This document shows positions 48,480 to 57,350 of a stretch of DNA of 64,000 nt, one piece after another (within the stretch, counting starts at the first letter, position 1; each line of letters opens with the position of its first letter). The position numbers were made by a program, and so were the translations under genes. The stretch lies in the NCBI GenBank assembly GCA_041664465.1, contig JBAYKP010000001.1:4204-68203 (forward strand). Direction: 5' to 3'. The stretch is from Minisyncoccota bacterium. Its GTDB lineage: Bacteria > Patescibacteriota > Minisyncoccia > Phycocordibacterales > UBA9973. The notes beneath the pieces were generated by a model. It was not told the DNA's origin, did no database searches, and saw nothing but the letters and a program-made list of their open reading frames with translations.

Positions 48480-48516
48480 GTCTACTATTTTAGCATATGC
48501 TTGATTTACAGACAAT
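48479..48516. repeat. Palindromic direct repeat upstream of the PaaX/Cas2-like gene, coincident with its promoter
   Basis: Minus strand reads TTGTCT-17-TAAAAT-7 nt-ATG. Confidence 0.8.
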
Positions 48517-48533
48517 TAATATATTATTATGTG

Positions 48534-49442
48534 TTATAAGTTAATTAAATTGATAGGATTACTTTTTAAATATGCTTCAATATTATCAATCATCATTTTG
48601 TTTGCTTTTCGATCAGTTACATCAGTATTGTAAGCTATGTGTGGAGTAGCTAAAACTTTTGGTATTTTTGCAAGTTTTATATAAGATAAATCATAGATAT
48701 CACCAACTTGAATTGAGCCGCAATCATTAGCAATCCCTGCTAAAATATTATTATTAAGAGCTTCTAGCATCGCATCAGTATCATATATTTTTGTACTAGT
48801 TGTAGTTATAAAATATGAGCCTTTTTTGAAAGAATTAAAAAAAGTTTCATTAAGTAGATTAATAGTGCTTTCATTCACTCCAAGAGCATCAACTACAACG
48901 TCGGCATCTTTTATTGAATCAATAAGATTATCACCTTTGATAAAATATCTAACATTCATTTCTAAGACTTCACAAATTTCCCCAACCTTAGTACCAATAT
49001 TTCCTTTTCCTAAAATTGTGATATTTTTATTAGACAACCCTCTTGTTTCTTTGGGAATATTTGTTTGAAATTCTAATTTATTTGTCCAATTTGGTAAATC
49101 TCTAAATAAATTAAGAATCATTGCAATCACCCATTCGCTGACCGCCTCTTTATTACAACCAGGACAATTTGAGACTTTAATATTTTTCTCTTTTAATTTT
49201 TGAATGTCAAAAAAACTTACAGCAACAAAAGGCAAAGATAAAAAAACATTTTCTAGTTCTTGATATTTTTTGACTAAACCAAATTTTCCAGTACAGATAA
49301 TATCTGCTTTTTTACATCTTTCTAGCCATTCTTCTGGCGTTTTTGATAAATTTTCATAATACTGAACCTCACCCAACTTATTAAGTCTTTGTCTTTCTTC
49401 TTCATTTAAACCTAAGTCTTGGGTTACTACTATTTTAGTCAT
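48534..49442 (-). CDS. D-isomer-specific 2-hydroxyacid dehydrogenase family protein
   Basis: NCPG..KEAVSE, GKGNIG and TPHIA; usual NxxRG Arg not evident. Confidence 0.8.
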   Translation of the reverse strand: MTKIVVTQDLGLNEEERQRLNKLGEVQYYENLSKTPEEWLERCKKADIICTGKFGLVKKYQELENVFLSLPFVAVSFFDIQKLKEKNIKVSNCPGCNKEAVSEWVIAMILNLFRDLPNWTNKLEFQTNIPKETRGLSNKNITILGKGNIGTKVGEICEVLEMNVRYFIKGDNLIDSIKDADVVVDALGVNESTINLLNETFFNSFKKGSYFITTTSTKIYDTDAMLEALNNNILAGIANDCGSIQVGDIYDLSYIKLAKIPKVLATPHIAYNTDVTDRKANKMMIDNIEAYLKSNPINLINL

Positions 49443-49454
49443 AGAAAATTTAAA

Positions 49455-50834
49455 TTACCACCCGAATTCTTTTCCTACGTCTTCAGGAGATTCTCTTTTG
49501 CGAGCGACAACGATGTGGCCGTTCTCGGCAATTATTTTCATAGGCGAAGAAAGAAGACAGTGCTGGGTAGCAAGTGAATCTTCATATGCTCCAGTATCAT
49601 AAACTACGACGTACATAGCTTCTCCACTATTTATATCAAAATCAGGAAAAGCAAGAGCGCCATCTTTACCTTTATAAACATCATCTGAATCACAAGAACA
49701 ACCTGCAAACCAAACATCATTTAAGTCATTATCTCCTTTATTATTTGCTGGAGAAATAGCCCACTTCTGACCAATTGCCCAAGTATCTAGTAAATCATTC
49801 ATAAAGCTACCATCAATTATATACCACTTTTTGGCTGGACTTTTCTTGTTTGAAATAATTTTTGTATCTATAATTTTGAATACTGTAATTTGTGCAGGTG
49901 CTACAATATAACGCCCCCATTCACAAATAAAGTTTGGATGTGGAACTCCTCTCTTTTCTGATTCTTTTTTAATAAGAGTCAGAATTTTCTCCATAAGCTT
50001 ATCTACTGGATAGCCTTTTGTCCTTGTATAAGGAATAGGCATACCACCACCTATATCCAAAGTATCAAGTGAAGGATTCTTCTCTTTCAATTTAAAATAT
50101 GTATCAAGAGCGTATTTAATAGGAACTAAAACATCCGAAAGTTTCTCTATCTGAGAGCCAATATGATAATGAAGAATCTTTAAATTCTTAAATGTACCCA
50201 TTTTCAAAATATCTTTTGATGAAAATCCAAAATGGTCAATAGGTTTATTCCAATAAGAATCTGTTTTGATTGGCATATCTAAACGAATACCAACATCATA
50301 TTTAGAATATTGAAGAAATTTAAGTTCATTTGGTCCTTCTATAATAGGAATTATTTTCAAACCTCGGTGTTGAAGTTCGTCTATTAGATTTATGTATTTA
50401 TCTGTTTTTGGGCCAGAGCAGAAAACTCTAATGCTTGGATTAAACTTCTCCTGTTCAAGCATCTTTTTCACAAGCCAAAGTTCATTGTATGAAGAAGTCT
50501 CTAAGTGTGCTCCTTCTCCTACAATAGACATAACTATCTCTTTACTTTGATTTACTTTCATCGGATAGTGATAAAAGAATTTACCCTTGTATCCTATTTT
50601 TTTCGATAAATTCCCCACTAAATCTATCAAGTCTTCCAGTCTCTCTTCAATGATAAAAGGCATCAATATCTCTAGTGATGTGCCAAATTTCTCTGCTAAA
50701 TATTTTACATTGTAGATATTGTGACCCTCTTTTATGATTAGATCTCCTTCTGTATTAAAATCAAAGTATTGGGTATTAAAATCATTTACACCGAGCTTCC
50801 AAAGTCTCTTAGAAGCAATTGAACGTTTTGTCAT
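49455..50834 (-). CDS. speA: Arginine decarboxylase, short fold-III PLP type
   Basis: YPMKVNQ, LHYHIGSQI, DIGGG, CEWGR, CDSD and GAY motifs; aguAB context. Confidence 0.78.
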   Translation of the reverse strand: MTKRSIASKRLWKLGVNDFNTQYFDFNTEGDLIIKEGHNIYNVKYLAEKFGTSLEILMPFIIEERLEDLIDLVGNLSKKIGYKGKFFYHYPMKVNQSKEIVMSIVGEGAHLETSSYNELWLVKKMLEQEKFNPSIRVFCSGPKTDKYINLIDELQHRGLKIIPIIEGPNELKFLQYSKYDVGIRLDMPIKTDSYWNKPIDHFGFSSKDILKMGTFKNLKILHYHIGSQIEKLSDVLVPIKYALDTYFKLKEKNPSLDTLDIGGGMPIPYTRTKGYPVDKLMEKILTLIKKESEKRGVPHPNFICEWGRYIVAPAQITVFKIIDTKIISNKKSPAKKWYIIDGSFMNDLLDTWAIGQKWAISPANNKGDNDLNDVWFAGCSCDSDDVYKGKDGALAFPDFDINSGEAMYVVVYDTGAYEDSLATQHCLLSSPMKIIAENGHIVVARKRESPEDVGKEFGW

Positions 50835-50943
50835 TTCCTTATATCAGGCATTAATGTTTAGAAGATTCTCCCTAACACCACGGCCTGCAATAAACGATAA
50901 TAATATTAACAATGATAGCAAACCTGAGGGATTTGTAAAGAAA

Positions 50944-50970
50944 ATAGCCAGAAAATTTCTTTCTGGCTAT
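50944..50970. terminator. Intrinsic terminator
   Basis: ATAGCCAGAAA-ATTTC-TTTCTGGCTAT with T tract on the minus strand. Confidence 0.7.
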
Positions 50971-51024
50971 CACTCATTATATTATGTTCATGTTCTATAT
51001 TTATGAACTTGAGCTGTTTAAAAA

Positions 51025-51474
51025 TTAAAAATAATTTCCTTTTTCAACTTTTCTATTAGTCCAAACTTTATGATTTTCTTTATAAAGCTCTTTCCAATTA
51101 AAGTAATTCATTTGTATATACCCATAATTGCTTAAATTTTTGGGTACAAAACAAATCATAGTAATGGAAACAATGTGCTTGATTCCAAATGTGCGTGATA
51201 GACAAGACTCAGTGCAAAACTCAATAGCTGGGTTAGAGAGATCTAATAATTCAGAAATTTCTTGAACTACTTCGAGAGTTTTTTCTGCACTTGTTTTTCT
51301 AACCAAAGAAGAAAGTAATGATTCCAATTTTAGATATTTTACAGAATCATCAAATTTAATTTGGTGGATAGCAAGACTGGCATCAACTTGCCAGTTATAA
51401 ATCTCCTCGTGGCGTTTTTGGATACCATCTTTATCAAGAAGCACCCATTTAATTTTTGATAGAAGAGTTTCCAT
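51025..51474 (-). CDS. Hypothetical protein
   Basis: 149-aa ORF 1 nt after the upstream ORF. Confidence 0.5.
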   Translation of the reverse strand: METLLSKIKWVLLDKDGIQKRHEEIYNWQVDASLAIHQIKFDDSVKYLKLESLLSSLVRKTSAEKTLEVVQEISELLDLSNPAIEFCTESCLSRTFGIKHIVSITMICFVPKNLSNYGYIQMNYFNWKELYKENHKVWTNRKVEKGNYF

Positions 51475-51475
51475 A

Positions 51476-51667
51476 CTATTTAAAATAAATATTTAGGAAA
51501 CTTGCAATAAATTCTCCATCTTCCCACTGCACATGGTCAATGGTTTCTTCTACTCTTCCACATAATTTAAGAAGCTCTTTGTCAGAGCAATCACTGGGCC
51601 ATAAATCACCTTGTTCCTCTTTTTTAAAGACAACTTTTTTTGCCTCATTTTCAATCATTACTATCAT
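51476..51667 (-). CDS. Small hypothetical protein
   Basis: 63-aa ORF with ATG start. Confidence 0.45.
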   Translation of the reverse strand: MIVMIENEAKKVVFKKEEQGDLWPSDCSDKELLKLCGRVEETIDHVQWEDGEFIASFLNIYFK

Positions 51668-51788
51668 AACTTTTAATTTTTATGCCCGTGTCTGTCTTTT
51701 TATAGACTTTTGTAGACTTGAGCGATTTCAAATAGCAAAATCACTATTTCGTGTATATTATATCATAATTATGGTATTTAGTCAATAT

Positions 51789-51820
51789 TAAAAATACCTA
51801 GATTTTACTAGGTATTTTTA
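51789..51820. terminator. dnaJ terminator
   Basis: TAAAAATACCTAG-ATTTTA-CTAGGTATTTTTA. Confidence 0.8.
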
Positions 51821-51829
51821 AGAAATCTA

Positions 51830-52915
51830 TTATAACCCTTCTTTCTTAAGTTCCTCTACCAGTTCTTTAGATTTTCGTGAAAGTCTTTTAGGAATATCTA
51901 CTTCGATGCGGATTATTATGTCGCCTCTACTTCCACCGACTGGTACTCCTTTACCACGAACACGGAGCATTTCACCATTATTTATACCTTCTGGAATTTT
52001 TACTTCTATATTTTTATTATCAAGAGTTTTTAAATTATAAGTTATTCCAAGTAAGGCATCAGTAAGCTTTATGTTTAAATCCATTATTAAATTCGAATCT
52101 TCTCTCGTATAAAGAGTGTGTTTTTTAACATTTAATTTGATATACAAATCACCACTCTCTCCACCTTTGATTGATTCACCCTTACCTCGAACACGGAGTG
52201 ACTCGCCATTGTTTACTCCACTAGGAATCTTTACGCTTATATCTTCATTTGTTTTAAGGACTCCAGCACCACGACAATTGCTACATTTCTCAGATGGAAT
52301 TTTTCCAGCCCCTCCGCAATTCTCACAAGTTTTCGTCGTGGCAAAGTTTCCAAGTATTGAACGGCGAACTTCACGAACTTGACCCTGGCCTCCGCAAGTC
52401 TTACAAGTATCCATCTTGGTACCCACTTTAGCACCAGTTCCACTACAGACATTACAGATTGATTGTTTGTTTACATTTATTTTTTTCTCTACTCCAAAAA
52501 TAGATTCTTCAAAAGTTAAAGTTATATCTGTTTGTAGGTCTCTACCCTTATGAGCTTTCGCTTTGCTTCTGCCCCCACCAAAGAAATCTCCAAAGATGTC
52601 TCCAAGATCCCCCATATCAAATTCCATGCCATTCTGGCCTCCTCTGAAATCAAATCCACCAAAGCCTCCTTGACCACCAAATCCAGCCCCACCGAAGCCT
52701 TGTGGGCCATCCGCATTGCCAAATTGATCATAGGAAGAGCGCTTCTTGTCATCCGAAAGAACTTGATAAGCTTCATTCACCTCTTTGAACTTTTTATCAT
52801 CACCATTATTCTTGTCTGGATGGTGCGTATGAGCAAGCTTATGAAAAGCCTTCTTTATTTCTTCTTTTGAAGCATTTTTCTCTACTCCTAATGTTTTGTA
52901 ATAATCTTTGGGCAT
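51830..52915 (-). CDS. dnaJ: Chaperone DnaJ
   Basis: J domain HPD, G/F region and four CxxCxGxG repeats. Confidence 0.97.
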   Translation of the reverse strand: MPKDYYKTLGVEKNASKEEIKKAFHKLAHTHHPDKNNGDDKKFKEVNEAYQVLSDDKKRSSYDQFGNADGPQGFGGAGFGGQGGFGGFDFRGGQNGMEFDMGDLGDIFGDFFGGGRSKAKAHKGRDLQTDITLTFEESIFGVEKKINVNKQSICNVCSGTGAKVGTKMDTCKTCGGQGQVREVRRSILGNFATTKTCENCGGAGKIPSEKCSNCRGAGVLKTNEDISVKIPSGVNNGESLRVRGKGESIKGGESGDLYIKLNVKKHTLYTREDSNLIMDLNIKLTDALLGITYNLKTLDNKNIEVKIPEGINNGEMLRVRGKGVPVGGSRGDIIIRIEVDIPKRLSRKSKELVEELKKEGL

Positions 52916-52927
52916 AATTATAGTGTA

Positions 52928-53003
52928 GCGGGATTATTAAAATTACGAGTCGCGTCGGAGCCCAGTACTCTGGGTAAAGCGCGAATAATTTTAATAATCC
53001 CGC
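52928..53003. repeat. 76-bp element with perfect 18-bp terminal inverted repeats
   Basis: GCGGGATTATTAAAATTA...TAATTTTAATAATCCCGC with inner TCGCG/CGCGA and CCCAG-TACT-CTGGG. Confidence 0.75.
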
Positions 53004-53015
53004 GGAACATATTTT

Positions 53016-54911
53016 TTATTTTTGTTCTGGATTCTCGTTTACTTCTGCGTCCTTGATTTCTGGCTCTTGAGCCTCTGGTGTAGGATTTGCACCTTCTGGT
53101 TGTGCAGCTCCGGCCTTACTCATAGCTTCACCAATCTTAGACATTTCAGTAGAAAGTTCTTCTGTGGCTTTCTTAATAGCTTCCATATCTCCTCCATCTT
53201 TTGCAGTTTTCAAAGCAGTAATTTTGGCTTCTACTTCTGTTTTTATTTCAGGAGTTACTTTGTCTCCATAATCTTTGACAGATTTCTCGGCAGTGAAGAT
53301 CATCATCTCCGCTGTATTTTTGATATCTGCAAGTTCCTTCTTCTTTGCATCTTCTTCAGCATGAGCTGCGGCATCATCTTGCATTTTCTTGATATCAGCA
53401 TCAGTAAGACCAGATGAAGCTTCAATACGAATGGACTGAACTTTCCCTGAAGCTTTATCCATTGCTTTGACATTTAAGATTCCATTGGCATCTACATCAA
53501 AAGTAACTTCCACTTGAGGAATACCACGAGGTGAAGGTGGAATACCATCTAAGATAAATCTTCCAAGACTCTTGTTGTCACTTGCCATTGGACGTTCACC
53601 TTGAGTAATGTGTATTTCTACACTTGTCTGATTGTCAGCAGCAGTTGAGAATATTTGAGACTTTGATGAAGGAATTGTAGTATTCCTTTCTACTAGCTTA
53701 GTAGCCACTCCTCCTAATGTCTCAATTCCAAGTGAAAGTGGAATTACATCAAGAAGAAGAACATCACGAACGTCCCCTTGTAAGACACCTGCTTGTACAG
53801 CTGCACCGAGAGCTACCACTTCATCTGGATTGATAGAACGATTTGGCTCTTTGCCGAATAATTTCTTCACAGCTTCGACTATCATCGGCATTCTTGTCTG
53901 ACCTCCAACTAGGATTATTTCATTGATTTCATTCATCTTGAATGGTGAAGCTTCAATAGCGCGCTTCGTTATATCAATAGAGCGAGTAACATACTCTTCG
54001 GCAAGAGATTCTAGAACTGCACGAGACATCTTCAAGAGCAAGTGCTTTGGCCCTGAAGCATCGGAAGTTATGAATGGGATATTTATTTCCGAGTCAGTTG
54101 TAGTTGAGAGTTCATGTTTTGTCTTCTCTGCAGCTTCCTTTAAGCGTTGCAATGCAAGCATATCTTTCGTAACATCTATCCCCGATTCTTTCTTGTATTC
54201 ATCGGCAATCCACTTCACAATCTTCTGATCAATATCTTCACCGCCCATATGTGAGTCGCCGTCTGTAGACTTCACTTCGATAACATCATCTCCAACTTCA
54301 AGAACTGAAACATCGAATGTTCCGCCTCCAAAGTCGTAGACAACTATCTTCTCATTTTTCTTTGTATTAAATCCATATGCAAGAGCAGCTGCGGTAGGCT
54401 CATTAATGATTCTCTTCACATCAAGACCTGCGATAACTCCGGCATCTTTTGTAGCTTTTCTTTGAGCATCGTTGAAGTAAGCAGGCACGGTAATAACCGC
54501 TTCGGTAATTTTCTCACCAAGTTTTGCTTCTACGTCAGTCTTAATCTTACTCAAGATCATTGCAGAAATTTCTTCGGGACGAAGCCACTTATCTCCCATT
54601 TTTACTTCTACTCCTCCGGTACTGCCCTTTTGAATTTTGTAAGGAATTGTCTTCTCGTCTTTTTGAATTTCTGGATCGTCATACATGTGACCAACAAAAC
54701 GTTTAATACCATAAACAGTATTTTCAGGATTCGTCACTGCTTGACGCTTGGCAAGCATGCCCACCATTCTGTCGCCATTTTTTGTAATAGCTACGACTGA
54801 TGGAGTTGTACGTGCACCTTCAATATTCTCAATAATTTTCGGTTGACCTCCTTCTATAATAGCAACCGCACTATTTGTTGTACCCAAATCTATACCTATA
54901 ATTTTACTCAT
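53016..54911 (-). CDS. dnaK: Chaperone DnaK
   Basis: [23 protein letters not shown] and DFGGGTFD motifs. Confidence 0.98.
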   Translation of the reverse strand: MSKIIGIDLGTTNSAVAIIEGGQPKIIENIEGARTTPSVVAITKNGDRMVGMLAKRQAVTNPENTVYGIKRFVGHMYDDPEIQKDEKTIPYKIQKGSTGGVEVKMGDKWLRPEEISAMILSKIKTDVEAKLGEKITEAVITVPAYFNDAQRKATKDAGVIAGLDVKRIINEPTAAALAYGFNTKKNEKIVVYDFGGGTFDVSVLEVGDDVIEVKSTDGDSHMGGEDIDQKIVKWIADEYKKESGIDVTKDMLALQRLKEAAEKTKHELSTTTDSEINIPFITSDASGPKHLLLKMSRAVLESLAEEYVTRSIDITKRAIEASPFKMNEINEIILVGGQTRMPMIVEAVKKLFGKEPNRSINPDEVVALGAAVQAGVLQGDVRDVLLLDVIPLSLGIETLGGVATKLVERNTTIPSSKSQIFSTAADNQTSVEIHITQGERPMASDNKSLGRFILDGIPPSPRGIPQVEVTFDVDANGILNVKAMDKASGKVQSIRIEASSGLTDADIKKMQDDAAAHAEEDAKKKELADIKNTAEMMIFTAEKSVKDYGDKVTPEIKTEVEAKITALKTAKDGGDMEAIKKATEELSTEMSKIGEAMSKAGAAQPEGANPTPEAQEPEIKDAEVNENPEQK

Positions 54912-54962
54912 ATGATTTTATATTTTAATTAATAATTTGATAATAAAATTTAAACCATCTCT

Positions 54963-55045
54963 AGTATACACTTACATTATATTTTTGACAAGTATTTAGC
55001 GACCGCAAAATACTTGTTGAATATTATATTCATATATGATATAAT
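54963..55045. promoter_or_regulatory. Divergent promoters with a central operator-like palindrome
   Basis: dnaK TTGTCA-17-TATACT (minus); TTGAAT-17-TATAAT (plus); ACAAGTATTT-N10-AAATACTTGT at 54988-55017. Confidence 0.65.
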
Positions 55046-55054
55046 GTCAATATT

Positions 55055-55582
55055 ATGAAAAAGCGTGATTTTTCAAGGAAAATTATAAAAATTCTATCGG
55101 AAAGACCGGCTGTCTCTGTCCCAGAGCTAGAAGAAAGAATAGTTTTAGACAAGGAGGGTCAATATGCTCTGAATCGCTCTATAAAGAGCCTCAAAGATGC
55201 TGGATTTATAGAAAGTATTGATTCTGGACAGAATCAATATGCCAAACTCACAAAAGAAGGTAAAAAAAGAGCCAATAGCTTAAAACTTGAATGTGAGAAT
55301 GCCATTATCAGTAATACTTGGGATGGATACTGGCGAATAATACTTCTAGATATCCCAGAAGAAAGAAAAAGTGAACGTGAAGCTCTCCGCTATTTATTAA
55401 AAAAGGCTGGATTTGTTTGCTTAAAGAATTCCGTTTGGATATCTATGTACCCTTTCGAACACCTCTTCACAAATATTAAAAAAGATCTCAATCTCTCTGC
55501 TGAACTCATCATAATTGTCACTGACAAAATCGACGAAGAAACAGAAAAAGAATTTTTTAGTCTTTGCGGAATTCAAAAATAG
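55055..55582 (+). CDS. PaaX-like wHTH plus Cas2-like domain protein
   Basis: LTKEG wing, WDGYWRIILLDIPE, R.LLKKAGF.CLKNSVW. Confidence 0.78.
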   Translation: MKKRDFSRKIIKILSERPAVSVPELEERIVLDKEGQYALNRSIKSLKDAGFIESIDSGQNQYAKLTKEGKKRANSLKLECENAIISNTWDGYWRIILLDIPEERKSEREALRYLLKKAGFVCLKNSVWISMYPFEHLFTNIKKDLNLSAELIIIVTDKIDEETEKEFFSLCGIQK

Positions 55583-56135
55583 TCACTTTGGCTGGGCGGA
55601 TGACGCGATCTCCTATTCTGTACCCTACTTGGAGGACTTTTTCTACAGTATGATCTTTATCTTCGTCATCTGTCTCTACTATACTTATAGACTGATGAAT
55701 ACTAGGATCAAAAGGGACTTCTATTTCGTAAATCTTTTCAATTCCTGATTTTTCTAAACCAGAGAGGAGTTGTTGATAAATAGAAGTGATGCCATCTTGC
55801 CAATCTTTATCTATCTTCTCCCAGTGTTCTTTGTTACTAAATGCCATCTCAAAGCTATCAAGTGCAGGAAGTAATTTCTCAGTCATTTTCTCTTTTGTAA
55901 GAATAGCGACATTTACGCGAGCTAGATCTAGCTCTTTCTGCAAGTTTACATAATCAGCTTTAGCTCTCTGCCAGCCAGTTAAATATTCTTCTTTTTCCTT
56001 CCTTACAGCCTTAATTTCTTCGCGAAGTTTCTTCACTACATCTTTCGTAGGTAATGCTTCCCCATCTTCTGTACTATCTACAAAAGTTAAATCTTCAAAA
56101 TCATCTTCCCCTTTTTTTATTTCTTTGTCATTCAT
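55557..56135 (-). CDS. grpE: Nucleotide exchange factor GrpE
   Basis: RAKADYVN, LLPALD, FDPSIH and GYRIGDRVIRPAKV. Confidence 0.94.
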   Translation of the reverse strand: MNDKEIKKGEDDFEDLTFVDSTEDGEALPTKDVVKKLREEIKAVRKEKEEYLTGWQRAKADYVNLQKELDLARVNVAILTKEKMTEKLLPALDSFEMAFSNKEHWEKIDKDWQDGITSIYQQLLSGLEKSGIEKIYEIEVPFDPSIHQSISIVETDDEDKDHTVEKVLQVGYRIGDRVIRPAKVTIFEFRKD

Positions 56136-56150
56136 TCCTTTATAGTATAC

Positions 56151-56182
56151 AAAATCAGAGACTTTTTCAAGTCTCTGATTTT
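56151..56182. terminator. Terminator of the ribosomal protein operon
   Basis: AAAATCAGAGACTT-TTTC-AAGTCTCTGATTTT. Confidence 0.8.
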
Positions 56183-56189
56183 TAAAATA

Positions 56190-56612
56190 TTAACGTTTAC
56201 TCCATTGTGGGGACTTTCTTGCTTTCTTGAGTCCGAATTTCTTACGTTCAACTTGACGAGGGTCACGCTTGAGCATTTTAGCTTTCTTGAGTGAAGTACG
56301 AAGTTCTGCATCAAAGAGGACTAAGGCACGAGATATACCATGACGAACTGCTTCGGCTTGGGCATGTGAGCCTCCGCCCTTAGTAGTAACTACTATTTCA
56401 AATTTTTCAGCCGGAGTTCCTGTCTCGATAGCTCCTGTCACTATCTTTTTCAATTCTGCGGTGGGGAAATATTCTGTAAAATCTTTACCATTTATCTTGT
56501 AAGTTGTCTTTGTAGCTTTATACAAGCGTACTACTGCCACTGCAGTCTTGCGACGGCCGATAGCCCTAAAATATTCTTTACCTTTTTCTTTTGTTGTTTT
56601 TTTCTCAGTCAT
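56190..56612 (-). CDS. rpsI: 30S ribosomal protein S9
   Basis: GRRKTAVA, GGG..AQA, ERKKFG and QWSKR. Confidence 0.97.
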   Translation of the reverse strand: MTEKKTTKEKGKEYFRAIGRRKTAVAVVRLYKATKTTYKINGKDFTEYFPTAELKKIVTGAIETGTPAEKFEIVVTTKGGGSHAQAEAVRHGISRALVLFDAELRTSLKKAKMLKRDPRQVERKKFGLKKARKSPQWSKR

Positions 56613-56620
56613 GATATATT

Positions 56621-56971
56621 TTAATCTGTTATTGTTAAACGTTTCATCATTAATGGTCTTAGTTTATTTGAAGGAAGCATACCGAAAACAGCAAGCTCAT
56701 AAAGTCCTTTCCAACCCTTTTTGTCTATTATCTTTGCATTTGTTTTAACCTTGAATCCTCCTGGTTGACCTGAATAAGTCTCGTGGAGGGTCTCTTTCAT
56801 TCTTCTTTCAGACATCTTTGTCTTTGATGCATTCTTAATATAAACGCGAACATCTGCGACTTGGTTAGCAGTATAATCTGCAGATGTCTTGCCCATAAGA
56901 GCCTTGGCAGCGGCACTTGCAACACGGCCTAGAACTTTATCGGTTGCATCAATTGTGTGTACTTTTGTCAT
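56621..56971 (-). CDS. rplM: 50S ribosomal protein L13
   Basis: IDATDKVLGRVAS, PGG and GMLP motifs. Confidence 0.94.
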   Translation of the reverse strand: MTKVHTIDATDKVLGRVASAAAKALMGKTSADYTANQVADVRVYIKNASKTKMSERRMKETLHETYSGQPGGFKVKTNAKIIDKKGWKGLYELAVFGMLPSNKLRPLMMKRLTITD

Positions 56972-56976
56972 AAATA

Positions 56977-57330
56977 TTATATAAATTCAATTATTGCCAT
57001 TTTACTAGCGTCACCTAGGCGACGTGGCATCTTGGTAATACGTGTATAACCTCCAGTTTGACCTTTATATTTTGGAGCAACTTTATCAATAAGTTTGGCA
57101 GCTTCACTTGTAAGTCCGTATAAACGTGAAGTTACAAGTCGGCGTGATGCGAGTGTGCCTACGTTTGCCTTGGTTATCATCTTCTCAATAGCTGGGCGAA
57201 GCTCTTTGGCCTTTGCTTCTGTCGTCTCTATCTTACCGTGAGCAATAAGAGCAAGCATAAGACCTTTCATTAAGGCATTACGTCCATTCTTATTTCTTCC
57301 AAATTTTCTTACATTATTTCCGTGTCTCAT
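56977..57330 (-). CDS. rplQ: 50S ribosomal protein L17
   Basis: MRH, IETTEAKAKE and GGYTRI motifs. Confidence 0.96.
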   Translation of the reverse strand: MRHGNNVRKFGRNKNGRNALMKGLMLALIAHGKIETTEAKAKELRPAIEKMITKANVGTLASRRLVTSRLYGLTSEAAKLIDKVAPKYKGQTGGYTRITKMPRRLGDASKMAIIEFI

Positions 57331-57350
57331 AAAATTTTATTAATTACTAA

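Noticed and set aside
41171-55008. Shared 10-mer GCGACCGCAA in the nspC insert and the dnaK promoter palindrome
   Set aside because: A single short match in different structural contexts; cannot be separated from chance by eye.
47889-55582. CRISPR-Cas locus suggested by two Cas2-like proteins and 36-bp repeats
   Set aside because: No cas1 or effector genes and no repeat-spacer array; only two repeats about 600 bp apart, and the proteins carry an N-terminal wHTH.
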